Origin: an uncultured Roseateles sp.
GTDB taxonomy: Bacteria; Pseudomonadota; Gammaproteobacteria; Burkholderiales; Burkholderiaceae_C
NCBI GenBank assembly: GCA_966211495.1
Contig: CBIHOT010000020.1
Coordinates: 5,188 to 69,187 of the forward strand
Reading direction: 5' to 3'
Length of the DNA: 64,000 nt
Numbering within the stretch: the stretch's first letter is position 1; the number at the start of each line of letters is the position of its first letter. Shown in pieces: positions 1 to 9,599 of this stretch. The translations under genes were made by a program, and so were the position numbers. The notes beneath the pieces were generated by a model, which was given only the letters and a program-made list of their open reading frames with translations, did not search any database and was not told the origin of the DNA.

Positions 1-12
1 GGATGTACGCCG

Positions 13-42
13 CAAAAAATAACGGCGCCCGAAGGCGCCGTT
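13..42 (-). terminator. Rho-independent terminator downstream of secA
   Basis: Perfect 9-bp stem AACGGCGCC/GGCGCCGTT (21-29/34-42) with a CGAA loop. On the minus strand it is followed by a T-run (A-run 14-19 on +), about 90 nt past the secA stop. Confidence 0.7.
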
Positions 43-133
43 GAGGCAGGGGTGGCGGTCACCGAGGTCACCGCAGTCGCCGCAGCAACAACCGGCCGGA
101 TCTGCGCGATCCGGGCGGCGTCACCGCATCAGA

Positions 134-2887
134 TCAGGCCAGCTTGCCGTGGCACGCCTTGAACTTCTTGCCGCTGCCGCAGGGGCAGGGATCGTTGCGG
201 CCCACATGGCCCCACTCGGCCGGCACGGCGCCCGGGCCCGACGGTTCGGCTTCCTGAGAAATCGAGCCGTCTTCGTTCGGATGGGTGTAGGTGACGTTGC
301 TGACGTTCTCGGCACGCTGCTCGATCGCATCGGCCGCCGCACTGGCTTCGGCTTCGCTCTGGATGCGGACCTTCAGCAGCACGCGGGTGACATCGGTCTT
401 GACGACATCCAGCAGTTGCGAGAACAGCTCGAAGGCTTCGCGCTTGTATTCCTGCTTCGGGTTCTTCTGCGCATAACCGCGCAGGTGGATGCCCTGACGC
501 AGGTAGTCCAGCGCGGCCAGATGCTCGCGCCAGTGCTGGTCGATGCTCTGCAGCAGCACCATGCGCATGAACGGCGTGAACTGCTCCAGACCGACGCGGT
601 CCAGCTTGTCCTGGAAGGAGGCGTCGCCCGCTTCGATGACCTTCTTCAGAATGTCTTCGTCGGTCAGCGTCTCGCTCTTGTCCAGCAGCGCCACCAGCGG
701 CACGTCCAGCAGCCAGTCTTCACGCAGCACGCGCTCCAGCGCCGGCAGGTCCCACTGCTCTTCCAGGCTCTCTTCCGGGACGAAGCCGCGGACGATGTCG
801 GTCAGCGTGCCATGACGCAGATGGGTGATCTGGGCCAGCAGGTCTTCCGACTCCAGGATCTCATTGCGCTGCTGGTAGATGACCTTGCGCTGATCGTTGG
901 AGACGTCGTCGTATTCCAGCAGCTGCTTGCGGATGTCAAAGTTGCGGGCTTCGACCTTGCGCTGCGCGCTTTCGATGGAACGGGTGACGATGCCGGCTTC
1001 GATTGCCTCGCCTTCGGGCATCTTCAGGCGGTCCATGATGGCCCGCACGCGGTCGCCCGCGAAGATGCGCATCAGCTGGTCGTCCAGCGACAGATAGAAG
1101 CGCGAGGAGCCCGGGTCGCCCTGACGGCCGGAACGGCCGCGCAGCTGGTTGTCGATCCGGCGGCTTTCGTGGCGCTCGGTCGAGACGACGCGCAGGCCGC
1201 CAGCGGCCTTCACCTGCTCATGCAGTTGCTTCCACTCGTCCTTGAGGGCGGCGATGCGGGCCTGCTTGTCGGCTTCGGACAGCGTCTCGTCGGCTTCCAC
1301 CGCCGCGACGTCCTTCTCGATACTGCCGCCCAGCACGATGTCGGTGCCGCGACCCGCCATGTTGGTGGCGATGGTGATCACACCCGGCCGACCGGCCTGG
1401 GCAATGATGTCCGCTTCACGGGCATGCTGCTTGGCGTTCAGCACCTGATGCGGCAGGCCGACGGCATTGAGCATGTCGGCAATCTTCTCGGAGTTGGCCA
1501 CCGAGGTCGTGCCCACCAGCACCGGCTGTCCACGCTTGTGGCAGTCGCGGATGTCTTCGATGACGGCGTTGTACTTCTCGTTGTCGGTCTTGTAGACCAG
1601 GTCCAGCTCGTCGCGGCGCACCGTCGGACGGTTGGGCGGGATCACCACGGTTTCCAGACCGTAGATTTCCTGGAATTCGTAGGCTTCCGTGTCGGCGGTA
1701 CCGGTCATGCCGCCCAGCTTGCCGTACATGCGGAAGTAGTTCTGGAAGGTGACCGAGGCCAGCGTCTGGTTCTCGGCCTGGATCTGCACGCCTTCCTTGG
1801 CTTCCACGGCCTGGTGCAGACCGTCGCTCCAGCGGCGGCCGGTCATCAGACGGCCGGTGAACTCGTCCACGATGATCACTTCACCGTTCTGCACCACATA
1901 GTGCTGGTCGCGGTGATAGATGTGGTGGGCCCGCAGCGATGCATACAGGTGATGCATCAGCGTGATGTTGGCGGCGTCATACAAGCTGGCGCCTTCGGCC
2001 AGCAGACCGGCCTGGCCCAGCAGACGCTCGGCGTTTTCATGACCGTCTTCGGTCAGGTAGATCTGGTGGGACTTCTCGTCCACGGTGAAGTCGCCCGGCT
2101 CGATGACGCCTTCGCCGGTGCGCGGGTCCATCTCACCGATCTGACGCTTGAGCTGCGGCGCGACCTGATTGATGGCGTGGTACATCGCCGTGTGGTCTTC
2201 GGCCTGGCCGGAGATGATCAGCGGGGTGCGGGCCTCGTCGATCAGGATCGAGTCCACCTCGTCGATGATGGCGTAGTGCAGGCCGCGCTGGACGCGATCC
2301 TGCAGCTCGTAGACCATGTTGTCGCGCAGATGGTCGAAGCCGTATTCGTTGTTGGTGCCGTAGGTGATGTCGGCCGCATACGCAGCCTGCTTCTGCTCCC
2401 GCGGGGCATGCGGCAGGTTGATGCCGACGCTCAGGCCCAGGAAGTTGTAGAGCCGGCCCATCCACTCCGCGTCACGGCGGGCGAGGTAGTCGTTCACCGT
2501 CACCACATGCACGCCCTTGCCAGCCAGCGCGTTCAGGTAGACCGGCAGCGTCGCCATCAGCGTCTTGCCTTCACCGGTGCGCATTTCGGCGATCTTGCCG
2601 GCATTGAGCACCATGCCGCCGATCAGCTGCACGTCGAAGTGACGCATCTTCAGGACGCGCTTGCTGCCCTCGCGGCAGACGGCGAAGGCTTCGGGCAGCA
2701 GGTCGTCGACCGACGCGCCGTCAGCGATCCGCTTCTTGAACTCTTCGGTCTTCCCGCGCAATTGCTCGTCGCTTAGACCTTCGTACTGGGGCTCCAGCGC
2801 GTTGATCTGCTGGACGACCTTGCGATAGGTCTTGAGCAGCCGCTCATTGCGGCTGCCAAAAATCTGGGTCAAAAGCTTGGGCAACAT
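134..2887 (-). CDS. secA: Preprotein translocase ATPase SecA
   Basis: Track ORF is 134..2956. The conserved SecA N-terminus [19 protein letters not shown] begins at an internal Met (CAT 2885-2887). Motor motifs MRTGEGKT and [18 protein letters not shown] are present, and the C-terminal zinc finger is [14 protein letters not shown]. Confidence 0.97.
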   Translation of the reverse strand: MLPKLLTQIFGSRNERLLKTYRKVVQQINALEPQYEGLSDEQLRGKTEEFKKRIADGASVDDLLPEAFAVCREGSKRVLKMRHFDVQLIGGMVLNAGKIAEMRTGEGKTLMATLPVYLNALAGKGVHVVTVNDYLARRDAEWMGRLYNFLGLSVGINLPHAPREQKQAAYAADITYGTNNEYGFDHLRDNMVYELQDRVQRGLHYAIIDEVDSILIDEARTPLIISGQAEDHTAMYHAINQVAPQLKRQIGEMDPRTGEGVIEPGDFTVDEKSHQIYLTEDGHENAERLLGQAGLLAEGASLYDAANITLMHHLYASLRAHHIYHRDQHYVVQNGEVIIVDEFTGRLMTGRRWSDGLHQAVEAKEGVQIQAENQTLASVTFQNYFRMYGKLGGMTGTADTEAYEFQEIYGLETVVIPPNRPTVRRDELDLVYKTDNEKYNAVIEDIRDCHKRGQPVLVGTTSVANSEKIADMLNAVGLPHQVLNAKQHAREADIIAQAGRPGVITIATNMAGRGTDIVLGGSIEKDVAAVEADETLSEADKQARIAALKDEWKQLHEQVKAAGGLRVVSTERHESRRIDNQLRGRSGRQGDPGSSRFYLSLDDQLMRIFAGDRVRAIMDRLKMPEGEAIEAGIVTRSIESAQRKVEARNFDIRKQLLEYDDVSNDQRKVIYQQRNEILESEDLLAQITHLRHGTLTDIVRGFVPEESLEEQWDLPALERVLREDWLLDVPLVALLDKSETLTDEDILKKVIEAGDASFQDKLDRVGLEQFTPFMRMVLLQSIDQHWREHLAALDYLRQGIHLRGYAQKNPKQEYKREAFELFSQLLDVVKTDVTRVLLKVRIQSEAEASAAADAIEQRAENVSNVTYTHPNEDGSISQEAEPSGPGAVPAEWGHVGRNDPCPCGSGKKFKACHGKLA

Positions 2888-3146
2888 GAAGCTGGTGGTG
2901 TTCTTGTCGTGGATACACGGGATGCCGTCAGGTGAGGGTTCGGCGGGGCATTGCAAGCCCTGCCGTCAACGCAGGTCAACGACTGGGTGCAAACCCTCAC
3001 TGGTCTCCTCGCCTGGACAGCGGCGGCTGGGCACACGCCCGGCAGCATCCACGCGTAGAAAAACCGGCGGAGTTTAGCACCCGGGACTCCGGGCATCCCT
3101 CGGTCCTGAGCGGGCCCGGGCGGGGCGCTCCCGTACACTTCGGGGC

Positions 3147-3482
3147 ATGACGACGCGTTACCTGCCGCCCCGCACCCGACCGGAGGCGCCGGATCCCATG
3201 GATTTTGGCCAGGCCCTGTCGCGTCATGGCACGCTGGCCCAGCTGGGGCAGCGTCTCCAGGCGTCGCAGCATCATCTGGCGGTCATCAGCGTGGCCCTGC
3301 CCGGGCCGATGCGCCAGTTCGTTCAGGCGGGCACGCTGGACGAAAACGGCTGGACCGTCGTGGCACACAACGCAGCGATTGCTACAAAGCTGAGACATAT
3401 GCAGCCGGTTCTGCTGCGTTTGTTGCAGGAGCAAGGGCTGCTGCAGCAGGGCGAACTGCGGATCAAGGTGCGTCAGTCCTGA
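3147..3482 (+). CDS. DUF721/DciA-like small protein (start may be the internal Met at 3198)
   Basis: 111-aa ORF divergent from secA. Size, position and sequence (…WTVVAHNAAIATKLRHMQPVLLRLL…) resemble the DUF721 family that I recall lying next to secA in Burkholderiales. This is a recollection, not a search result. Confidence 0.5.
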   Translation: MTTRYLPPRTRPEAPDPMDFGQALSRHGTLAQLGQRLQASQHHLAVISVALPGPMRQFVQAGTLDENGWTVVAHNAAIATKLRHMQPVLLRLLQEQGLLQQGELRIKVRQS

Positions 3483-3515
3483 GGAAGCCGGGGTGGGCGT
3501 GGTGGCCCTGCTCCA

Positions 3516-4190
3516 TCACCGGTAGGCGTAGAACAGCGCCGCAAAGAAGTGGCACACGCTGCCGCCCAGCACAAACAGGTGCCAGACGAAGTGGGCGTAG
3601 CGCAGCTTGTTGTCAAACAGGAAAACGATCGCACCCAGCGTGTAGCTCAGGCCACCGGCGACCAGCAGCGCAAGGCCTGGGCCAGCGGTGCGCTCGATCA
3701 GCGGGCCGAGGGCGAAGACCACCACCCAGCCCATGGCCAGGTACAGCGCGGTGGACACCAGCGGGTGACGCAGGCGGTTGAGCAGTTTGATGGTGACGCC
3801 AAATGCCGCGGCGGCCCAGACGGCGATCAGCAGCGTGACGCCCGGGCCCTGATGCAGCACGCCCAGGGTGAAGGGGGTGTAGCTGCCGGCGATGAAGACG
3901 TAGATGGCGGCATGGTCCAGACGCATGAGCCAGGACTTGATGCGCCCTTGCGCCAGCGAGGCCGGCAGCGCGTGATAGAGCGTGGAGATCCCGTAGAGCA
4001 GGATGCCGGTGGAAGCGAAGACGGCTGCGGCCACCACATCGGCCATGCCGCCATGATTCAGCGCGCGGTTGACCAGGATGGGCAGCGCGGCGATGGCCAG
4101 CAAGGCCCCCAGCCCGTGGCTGATGGCATTGGCGATTTCTTCGCCCAGCGTCTGGGGGCGGTCGGCAGGGAGCGTTGCGGGAGAGGACAT
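3516..4190 (-). CDS. Hemolysin III / PAQR family membrane protein
   Basis: Track ORF is 3516..4238. Seven hydrophobic segments and motifs EEIANAISHG, LDHAAIY and HFVWHLFVLGG are typical of the HlyIII/TrhA family. The likely start is MSSPATL (CAT 4188-4190). Confidence 0.85.
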   Translation of the reverse strand: MSSPATLPADRPQTLGEEIANAISHGLGALLAIAALPILVNRALNHGGMADVVAAAVFASTGILLYGISTLYHALPASLAQGRIKSWLMRLDHAAIYVFIAGSYTPFTLGVLHQGPGVTLLIAVWAAAAFGVTIKLLNRLRHPLVSTALYLAMGWVVVFALGPLIERTAGPGLALLVAGGLSYTLGAIVFLFDNKLRYAHFVWHLFVLGGSVCHFFAALFYAYR

Positions 4191-4470
4191 GGGGCGGGCG
4201 TGGCTGCGGTGGATCGGTGATGCGCACGGGCAGGACATCCGCGCATGAACAGGGCAAGGATGCCACCGATTCTCAGCGAGTGCTGAGGGTCAGGCATTGA
4301 CGAGGGGCAAAGGTCGGTGCCTCTGACAAGTTAGTGCCAGCACCGGGGTGGCAAAACGTCCACCAAGCCTTGAAAAGAAGACAACAGACATCTCCAAGTC
4401 CTTGCGTGGATTGAGAAAATCGCGGAAATTCTCAATTCGCGAATAGCGAATATCCGGAACGCGCATGACC

Positions 4471-4505
4471 AAAAAAAACGGGACCCCGCTTCACGCAGGG
4501 TCCCG
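4471..4505 (-). terminator. Rho-independent terminator after tRNA-Thr
   Basis: Stem CGGGACCC/GGGTCCCG (4479-4486/4498-4505). The minus-strand transcript is followed by U8 (A-run 4471-4478 on +). Confidence 0.8.
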
Positions 4506-4514
4506 TTGATTTTT

Positions 4515-4590
4515 TGGTGCCGGCTATCGGATTCGAACTGATGACCTACCGCTTACAAGGCGGTTGCTCTACCAACTGAGCTAAGCCGGC
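4515..4590 (-). tRNA. tRNA-Thr (anticodon UGU)
   Basis: The reverse complement reads GCCGGCTTAGCTCAGTTGGTAGAGCAACCGCCTTGTAAGCGGTAGGTCATCAGTTCGAATCCGATAGCCGGCACCA. It folds into a cloverleaf with a 7-bp acceptor stem, GCTC/GAGC D-stem and ACCGC/GCGGT anticodon stem. The anticodon loop is CTTGTAA (TGT), the T-loop is TTCGAAT, and CCA is encoded. There is one A-C mismatch in the T-stem. Confidence 0.92.
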
Positions 4591-4680
4591 ACACGAAAAC
4601 TGATGTCATCCGCACCGAAGCGCCAATGACGTGGGCCGCATTCTAGACGCACTCCAGAGTGCCGTCAGAGAAGCTGCCAC

Positions 4681-4708
4681 TTATTTCACCCGATTTATTT
4701 CACCCGCT
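4681..4708. repeat. 14-bp tandem duplication spanning the sspB stop codon
   Basis: TTATTTCACCCGAT (4681-4694) and TTATTTCACCCGCT (4695-4708). The second copy contains the sspB stop (TTA = TAA on minus, 4695-4697) and its last three codons. Confidence 0.9.
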
Positions 4709-5261
4709 TCAAGGCCGGACGGCCGCCCGACGGGCCGCCGCTGGGGTCGTCATCGCCGTCGCCGGAGGGCACTGCCGTCGGCGCCGAGGGCGCTTCAGGC
4801 TTGCCACCTGCCGTCTCCCCGTCCGCCTCGGTCGCCAGACGCAGACCCCGCGGCGCTGGCGATGCCGCCACCGCCGCAGGTGCCGGAGCCGTTGCCCGTG
4901 GCGCAGCCGCAGCTTCTTCAGCCGACGGCGGCGGAAAGGCCATGCCCTGCCCGTTTTCACGGGCATAGATGGCCACCACATGATCCACAGGCACCATGAT
5001 CTCGCGCGCCACGCCGCCGAAACGTGCCTTGAACTGGATCAGCTCGTTGCCGAGGTCCAGGTTGCTGGTCGCTTCAAAACCGACGTTGAGCACGATCTCA
5101 TTGTTGCTCACGTACTCCAGCGGCACCTGCACCGTCCGGTCCACGTGAACCGCGATGTAGGGCGTGAAACCGTTGTCTGTACACCATTCGTGCAGGGCGC
5201 GGATCAAATAAGGCCGCGTCGAGCTGGCAGCGGTGCCGCTGCCATCCTTGCTGTCGTCCAT
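4695..5261 (-). CDS. sspB: ClpXP adaptor / stringent starvation protein B
   Basis: The N-terminal domain RPYLIRALHEWCTDNGFTPYIAVHVD…FKARFGG is characteristic of SspB. It has a Pro/Ala-rich linker and a C-terminal ClpX-binding-like tail RPALKRVK. It lies downstream of sspA. Confidence 0.92.
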   Translation of the reverse strand: MDDSKDGSGTAASSTRPYLIRALHEWCTDNGFTPYIAVHVDRTVQVPLEYVSNNEIVLNVGFEATSNLDLGNELIQFKARFGGVAREIMVPVDHVVAIYARENGQGMAFPPPSAEEAAAAPRATAPAPAAVAASPAPRGLRLATEADGETAGGKPEAPSAPTAVPSGDGDDDPSGGPSGGRPALKRVK

Positions 5262-5274
5262 GCGTGCCAGTGTA

Positions 5275-5892
5275 TTACTTGCGCATCACCTTCTCGGACG
5301 GCGTCAGCGCCTCGATGTAGGCCGGACGCGAGAAGATGCGTTCGGCGTACTTCAGCAGCGGCAAGGCATTCTTCGACATGTCGATGCCGTAGTAGTCCAG
5401 ACGCCACAGCAGCGGTGCAATCGCCACGTCCAGCATGCTGAAGTCGTCGCCCAGCATGTACTTGTTCTTCAGGAAGATTGGCGCCAGCTGCGTCAGACGG
5501 TCACGGATCTGCGCGCGCGCCTTTTCCAGCTGCTTCTCAGTCGGCTTGACCGGCTGACCGCGGTTTTCCAGGATGTTGACGTTGGCGAACAGTTCCTTTT
5601 CGAAGTTGAACAGGAACAGGCGCACACGGGCGCGGGCCACCGGGTCCCCGGGCATCAGCTGCGGATGCGGGAAGCGCTCGTCGATGTACTCGTTGATGAT
5701 GTGCGACTCGTACAGGATGAGGTCGCGCTCGACGAGGATGGGCACCTCGTTGTACGGGTTCATCAGCGCGATGTCTTCGGGCTTGGCGAACAGGTCAACG
5801 TCCCGGATCTCGAAGTCCATGCCCTTCTCGAACAACACGAAACGGCAACGGTGCGAATAAGGGCAAGTCGTTCCGGAATAAAGCACCATCAT
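5275..5892 (-). CDS. sspA: Stringent starvation protein A (GST-like)
   Basis: MVLYSGTTCPYSHRCRFVLFEKGMDFEIRDVD…NPYNEVPILVERDLILYESHIINEYIDERFPHPQLMP matches SspA closely. It is in an operon with sspB. Confidence 0.95.
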   Translation of the reverse strand: MMVLYSGTTCPYSHRCRFVLFEKGMDFEIRDVDLFAKPEDIALMNPYNEVPILVERDLILYESHIINEYIDERFPHPQLMPGDPVARARVRLFLFNFEKELFANVNILENRGQPVKPTEKQLEKARAQIRDRLTQLAPIFLKNKYMLGDDFSMLDVAIAPLLWRLDYYGIDMSKNALPLLKYAERIFSRPAYIEALTPSEKVMRK

Positions 5893-5939
5893 GGCAGTGG
5901 ACTCCTGATCGAAGCCTCTCGGCTTCCTCGATTTCTAAC

Positions 5940-5982
5940 CAAACAAAAGGCAAACGCAGTGGAGCCTTTCGGCACCCACTGC
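5940..5982 (-). terminator. Terminator/attenuator hairpin between petC and sspA
   Basis: On the minus strand, stem GCAGTGG…CCACTGC (5956-5962/5976-5982 on +) is followed by GTTTGCCTTTTGTTT. A second hairpin, GATCCAGCC/GGCTGGATC, lies just upstream on the transcript. Confidence 0.55.
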
Positions 5983-6015
5983 GCGGGAGGATCCAGCCAG
6001 GGCTGGATCATCGAC

Positions 6016-6798
6016 TTACTTGACGTCCTTCCAGAAGGAGGCGTTCAAGCGCCACGCGAATACGGTAAACACCAGCAGGAACAGCACCACCACGACGCCG
6101 AGACGGAATCGGGTTCCCTGAGCCGGTTCGCCCATCCATTGCAGATAGGCCACCAGATCGGCGACCGAATCGTCAAATTGCTGCGGCGACATCGTCCCGG
6201 GGGTCACCTGCTCGAATCCGGCGAAAACATGCGTGACCTTGCTGGGGTCATGCGGATCTGGCCGTTCCTCGAACTTGGCGGTGCGGACACCCTGGAGCTC
6301 CCACAGCACATGCGGCATCGCAACGCTGGGGAACACGAGATTATTCCATCCCGTGGCCTTGGTATCGTCCCGGTAGTATTTTCGCAGATACGTGTAGAGG
6401 TAGTCGGCCCCCGAACCTTTGCTGCCGTCGGCCCGTGAACGGGCGATGACCGAGAGGTCAGGAGGGGCCGCCCCGAACCAGGCCTTTGCCTGCTTCGGGT
6501 CGATCGAGGCCTTCATGGTCTCGCCCACCTTGTCCCCGGCAAACAACAGATTGTTCTTGATCTGCTCGTCGGTGAGCTGCAGGTCCTTCAGCCGGTTGTA
6601 CCGCATGTAAGCGGCAGAGTGGCAATTCAGGCAATAGTTCACGAACATCTTCGCCCCGCGCTGCAGGGCGGCGACGTCGTTCATTTTGGACACCGGGAAC
6701 TGGTCCCAGGCCGGTCCGGCAGCGTTGGCCTGGGCGGACGGGCTGACGCCCACACCCAGAGCCAGAGACGTCACCAGCAAAGCGATGAGTTTTTTCAT
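6016..6798 (-). CDS. petC: Cytochrome c1 of the ubiquinol-cytochrome c reductase
   Basis: Signal peptide, heme motif CLNCHS and a C-terminal TM anchor. It is the third gene of the petABC order. Confidence 0.95.
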   Translation of the reverse strand: MKKLIALLVTSLALGVGVSPSAQANAAGPAWDQFPVSKMNDVAALQRGAKMFVNYCLNCHSAAYMRYNRLKDLQLTDEQIKNNLLFAGDKVGETMKASIDPKQAKAWFGAAPPDLSVIARSRADGSKGSGADYLYTYLRKYYRDDTKATGWNNLVFPSVAMPHVLWELQGVRTAKFEERPDPHDPSKVTHVFAGFEQVTPGTMSPQQFDDSVADLVAYLQWMGEPAQGTRFRLGVVVVLFLLVFTVFAWRLNASFWKDVK

Positions 6799-6816
6799 TC
6801 GTCGACTCCGTGGTGC

Positions 6817-8217
6817 TCAGTGCGGATGGAAGGTGACACGGTCCGGCACCGGTTTGAAGGTGCCCATGCGCGACCACCACGGCATCAGCAGGAAGAAGCC
6901 GAAGTAGAACAAGGTGCCGGCCTGCGACATCAAAGTGAAGGCGTCATTGGGCAGCTGGATGCCGAGGTAGCCCAGCATCAGGAACACCAGCACGAAGAGG
7001 ATGTACATCCACAGATGCCAGCTCGGACGGTAGCGGATCGACTTGACCGGGCTGTGATCCAGCCAGGGCAGGAAGAACAGGATGATCACCGCGCCACCCA
7101 TCACCAGCACGCCCCAGAACTTGGCGTCCAGCACCAGCAGCAGCCCGATCGCCACCACGCCCCCCACCAGCACCGCACCCTTGGCCATGGCCGACATGCG
7201 GCCCTTGATCAGGGTCATGAACACGCTCAGGGCCACCACCACGCACAGCACCTTCACCATCACATCGGTGGTGGCGCGCAGCATGGAATAGAACGGGGTG
7301 AAGTACCACACCGGCGCGATGTGGGGCGGCGTCTTCAGCGGGTCGGCCGGAATGAAGTTGTTGTACTCCAGGAAGTAGCCGCCGAACTCCGGCGCGAAGA
7401 ACACGATCGCGGAGAAGACCATCAGGAAGAGGCCTGCCGCGAAGATGTCGTGCACCGTGTAGTACGGGTGGAAGGGAACGCCGTCCAGCGGGATGCCGTT
7501 GGCATCTTTCTTGGCCTTGATCTCCACGCCGTCCGGGTTGTTCGAGCCCACTTCATGCAGCGCAATGATGTGAGCCACCACCAGACCGATCAGCACCAGC
7601 GGCACCGCAATGACGTGGAAGCTGAAGAAGCGGTTCAGCGTGGCGTCACCGACCACATAGTCACCGCGGATCATCAGCGCCAGGTCCGGACCGATCACCG
7701 GCACGGCGGCGAACAGGTTCACGATCACCTGCGCGCCCCAGTAGGACATCTGGCCCCAGGGCAGCAGATAGCCCATGAAGGCCTCTGCCATCAGGCACAG
7801 GAAGATGGCGCAGCCGAAGATCCACACCAGTTCCCGCGGCTTGCGGTACGAGCCGTAGATCAGCCCGCGGAACATGTGCAGATAGACCACCACGAAGAAC
7901 GCGGAGGCGCCGGTGGAATGCATGTAGCGGACCAGCCATCCCCAGGGGACGTCCCGCATGATGTATTCCACCGATGCAAAGGCCAGCGATGCATCGGGTT
8001 TGTAGTGCATCACCAGGAAGATGCCGGTGGTGATCTGGATGACCAGCACCAGCAGGGCCAGAGACCCGAAGATGTACCACCAGTTGAAGTTTTTCGGAGC
8101 GTAGTACTCCGACATGTGCTCCTTGAAGAGCTGGGTCGCGGGGAACCGGTTGTCCACCCACGTCATGAACCGGACGCCTGCAGGGGCGCCGGCGGGTGCT
8201 TCCTTGAATTCAGCCAT
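6817..8217 (-). CDS. petB: Cytochrome b of the bc1 complex
   Basis: 466-aa polytopic protein with conserved WWYIFGSLA, YMHSTGASAFF and PEWYF-like (APVWYFTPFYSMLR) motifs. Confidence 0.97.
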   Translation of the reverse strand: MAEFKEAPAGAPAGVRFMTWVDNRFPATQLFKEHMSEYYAPKNFNWWYIFGSLALLVLVIQITTGIFLVMHYKPDASLAFASVEYIMRDVPWGWLVRYMHSTGASAFFVVVYLHMFRGLIYGSYRKPRELVWIFGCAIFLCLMAEAFMGYLLPWGQMSYWGAQVIVNLFAAVPVIGPDLALMIRGDYVVGDATLNRFFSFHVIAVPLVLIGLVVAHIIALHEVGSNNPDGVEIKAKKDANGIPLDGVPFHPYYTVHDIFAAGLFLMVFSAIVFFAPEFGGYFLEYNNFIPADPLKTPPHIAPVWYFTPFYSMLRATTDVMVKVLCVVVALSVFMTLIKGRMSAMAKGAVLVGGVVAIGLLLVLDAKFWGVLVMGGAVIILFFLPWLDHSPVKSIRYRPSWHLWMYILFVLVFLMLGYLGIQLPNDAFTLMSQAGTLFYFGFFLLMPWWSRMGTFKPVPDRVTFHPH

Positions 8218-8238
8218 GTCGTCTGCCTCGGGTCCGGG

Positions 8239-8835
8239 TTAAGCCTTCTTGTCTTCACCGATCAACAGCTTGGTGTCTGACAGATACATGTGGGGCGGCA
8301 CCTCGAGGTTGTCGGGAGCCGGCTTGTTCTTGAAGACGCGACCGGCCATGTCGAAGGTCGAGCCATGGCACGGGCAGAGGAAACCCCCATGCCAGTTGTC
8401 TGGAAGCGACGGCTGCGGACCGGACTGGAACTTGTCGCTCGGCGAGCAGCCCAGGTGCGAGCAGATGCCCACCACCACGAGGTACTCGGGTTTGATCGAG
8501 CGCCATTCGTTCTTGGCGTAATCGGGGATGGGGAAGGCCTTGCGGTCCGACTTGGGGTCGGCCAGCTCCGGGTCATTGCCCGGCAGTGCCTTCAGTTGCT
8601 CTGGCGTACGGCGGACGATCCAGACCGGCTTGCCCCGCCATTCGACGGTGAGCTTCTCTCCGGGGGCCAGCCCCCCGACATCGACTTCGACGGCAGCACC
8701 GGCTGCCTTGGCTCGTTCGGACGGGGCGAAGGTGCTGACGAATGGGACCGCTGTCGCGACACCGCCCACTGCTCCCGCACAACCGGTGGCGATGATCCAG
8801 GTGCGCTTGCCTTTGTCCACTTGTTGGCTACTCAT
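8239..8835 (-). CDS. petA: Rieske 2Fe-2S subunit of the bc1 complex
   Basis: Track ORF is 8239..8874. Rieske boxes CSHLGC and CPCHGS are present, with a Tat-like N-terminus (KGKRTW). The likely start is MSSQQVD at 8835. Confidence 0.93.
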   Translation of the reverse strand: MSSQQVDKGKRTWIIATGCAGAVGGVATAVPFVSTFAPSERAKAAGAAVEVDVGGLAPGEKLTVEWRGKPVWIVRRTPEQLKALPGNDPELADPKSDRKAFPIPDYAKNEWRSIKPEYLVVVGICSHLGCSPSDKFQSGPQPSLPDNWHGGFLCPCHGSTFDMAGRVFKNKPAPDNLEVPPHMYLSDTKLLIGEDKKA

Positions 8836-9026
8836 GAGGGTCCTTAAAGGGAACTTCTGATAGGGGGCAACCAAAGATTCTAGGCATGAAAAATCACCTT
8901 GACTCTAAGGCGCTCTACCGATGTGCATGCGCGCACCAAGTTGACATTTGTCGTGGCGAGAACGCCGTTAGGATGCTTAGCTCGCGGCGCAGACCGCAGC
9001 CATTCCAAGGTCAACGGAGCACGAAC

Positions 9027-9479
9027 ATGGGATTTCTCACTGAGTTTCGCGAATTCGCCGTCAAGGGCAACGTCATGGACCTGGCGGTGGGCGTGATCAT
9101 CGGCGGTGCCTTCGGCAAGATCGTCGATTCAGTGGTCAAGGACCTGATCATGCCGCTGGTGGGCAAGGTCGTCGGTGGACTGGACTTCAGCAACTACTTC
9201 ATCATGCTGGGCAGCCCCCCAGCCAACTACACCGGGCCGATGACCTATGAAGCCTTGACCAAGGCGGGGGTGCCCCTCTTCGCGTATGGCAGCTTCTTGA
9301 CCGTGCTGCTGAACTTCATCATCCTGGCTTTCATCATCTTTCTCATGATCAAGCAGGTGAATCGCCTCAAACGTGCACCCTCGGAAACCCCTACGGCGCC
9401 CGCAGCTCCCGCCCCGGAACCCGCCGATGTCCAGCTGCTGCGCGAGATTCGCGACGCGCTCATTCGTGACAAAGCGTAA
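9027..9479 (+). CDS. mscL: Large-conductance mechanosensitive channel
   Basis: The track ORF starts at 8886, but the conserved MscL N-terminus [33 protein letters not shown] starts at ATG 9027, preceded by GGAG (9016-9019). Confidence 0.95.
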   Translation: MGFLTEFREFAVKGNVMDLAVGVIIGGAFGKIVDSVVKDLIMPLVGKVVGGLDFSNYFIMLGSPPANYTGPMTYEALTKAGVPLFAYGSFLTVLLNFIILAFIIFLMIKQVNRLKRAPSETPTAPAAPAPEPADVQLLREIRDALIRDKA

Positions 9480-9599
9480 AGCCATCTAGAAACGTCAGCT
9501 TTTGCGCAACGTCCGTGCGTGCCCCGCCCGATCGGGGGGCTTGCATGGACGATACTGCATGCTGTGGTGAGGTCACCACAATGCGTGCCAGATGCATTC

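Noticed and set aside
41-2776. A 911-aa ORF on the + strand covering almost all of secA.
   Set aside because: It is antisense to an unmistakable secA gene. Its translation is Arg/Ala/Gly/Val/His-rich low-complexity sequence typical of GC-bias shadow ORFs. The same applies to 6619..8280, 17753..18706, 21880..23478, 37989..39461, 51060..52649, 54393..55874, 55873..57609, 59242..60630 and similar ORFs.
4290-4472. A 60-aa ORF, or its internal 33-aa ORF MSVVFFSRLGG…, in the comparatively AT-rich spacer between the hemolysin-III gene and the tRNA terminator.
   Set aside because: It has non-host codon usage, poor SD spacing and no motif. The region is more plausibly the promoter/leader of the hlyIII-family gene. 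It could hide an sRNA, but I see no supporting structure beyond a short hairpin (CTCAGC-GAGT-GCTGAG).
4515-4590. tRNA-Thr as an integration hotspot or genomic-island boundary.
   Set aside because: There is no integrase, no direct repeat of the tRNA 3' end, and no atypical gene block next to it. Both flanks are core genes (hlyIII-family and sspAB).
8836-9026. Sigma-70-like hexamers (TTGACA… TAGGAT, TTGACT…) in the petA-mscL divergent spacer.
   Set aside because: The spacings between candidate -35 and -10 elements do not fit 16-18 nt, so I cannot assign them to either gene without transcript mapping.
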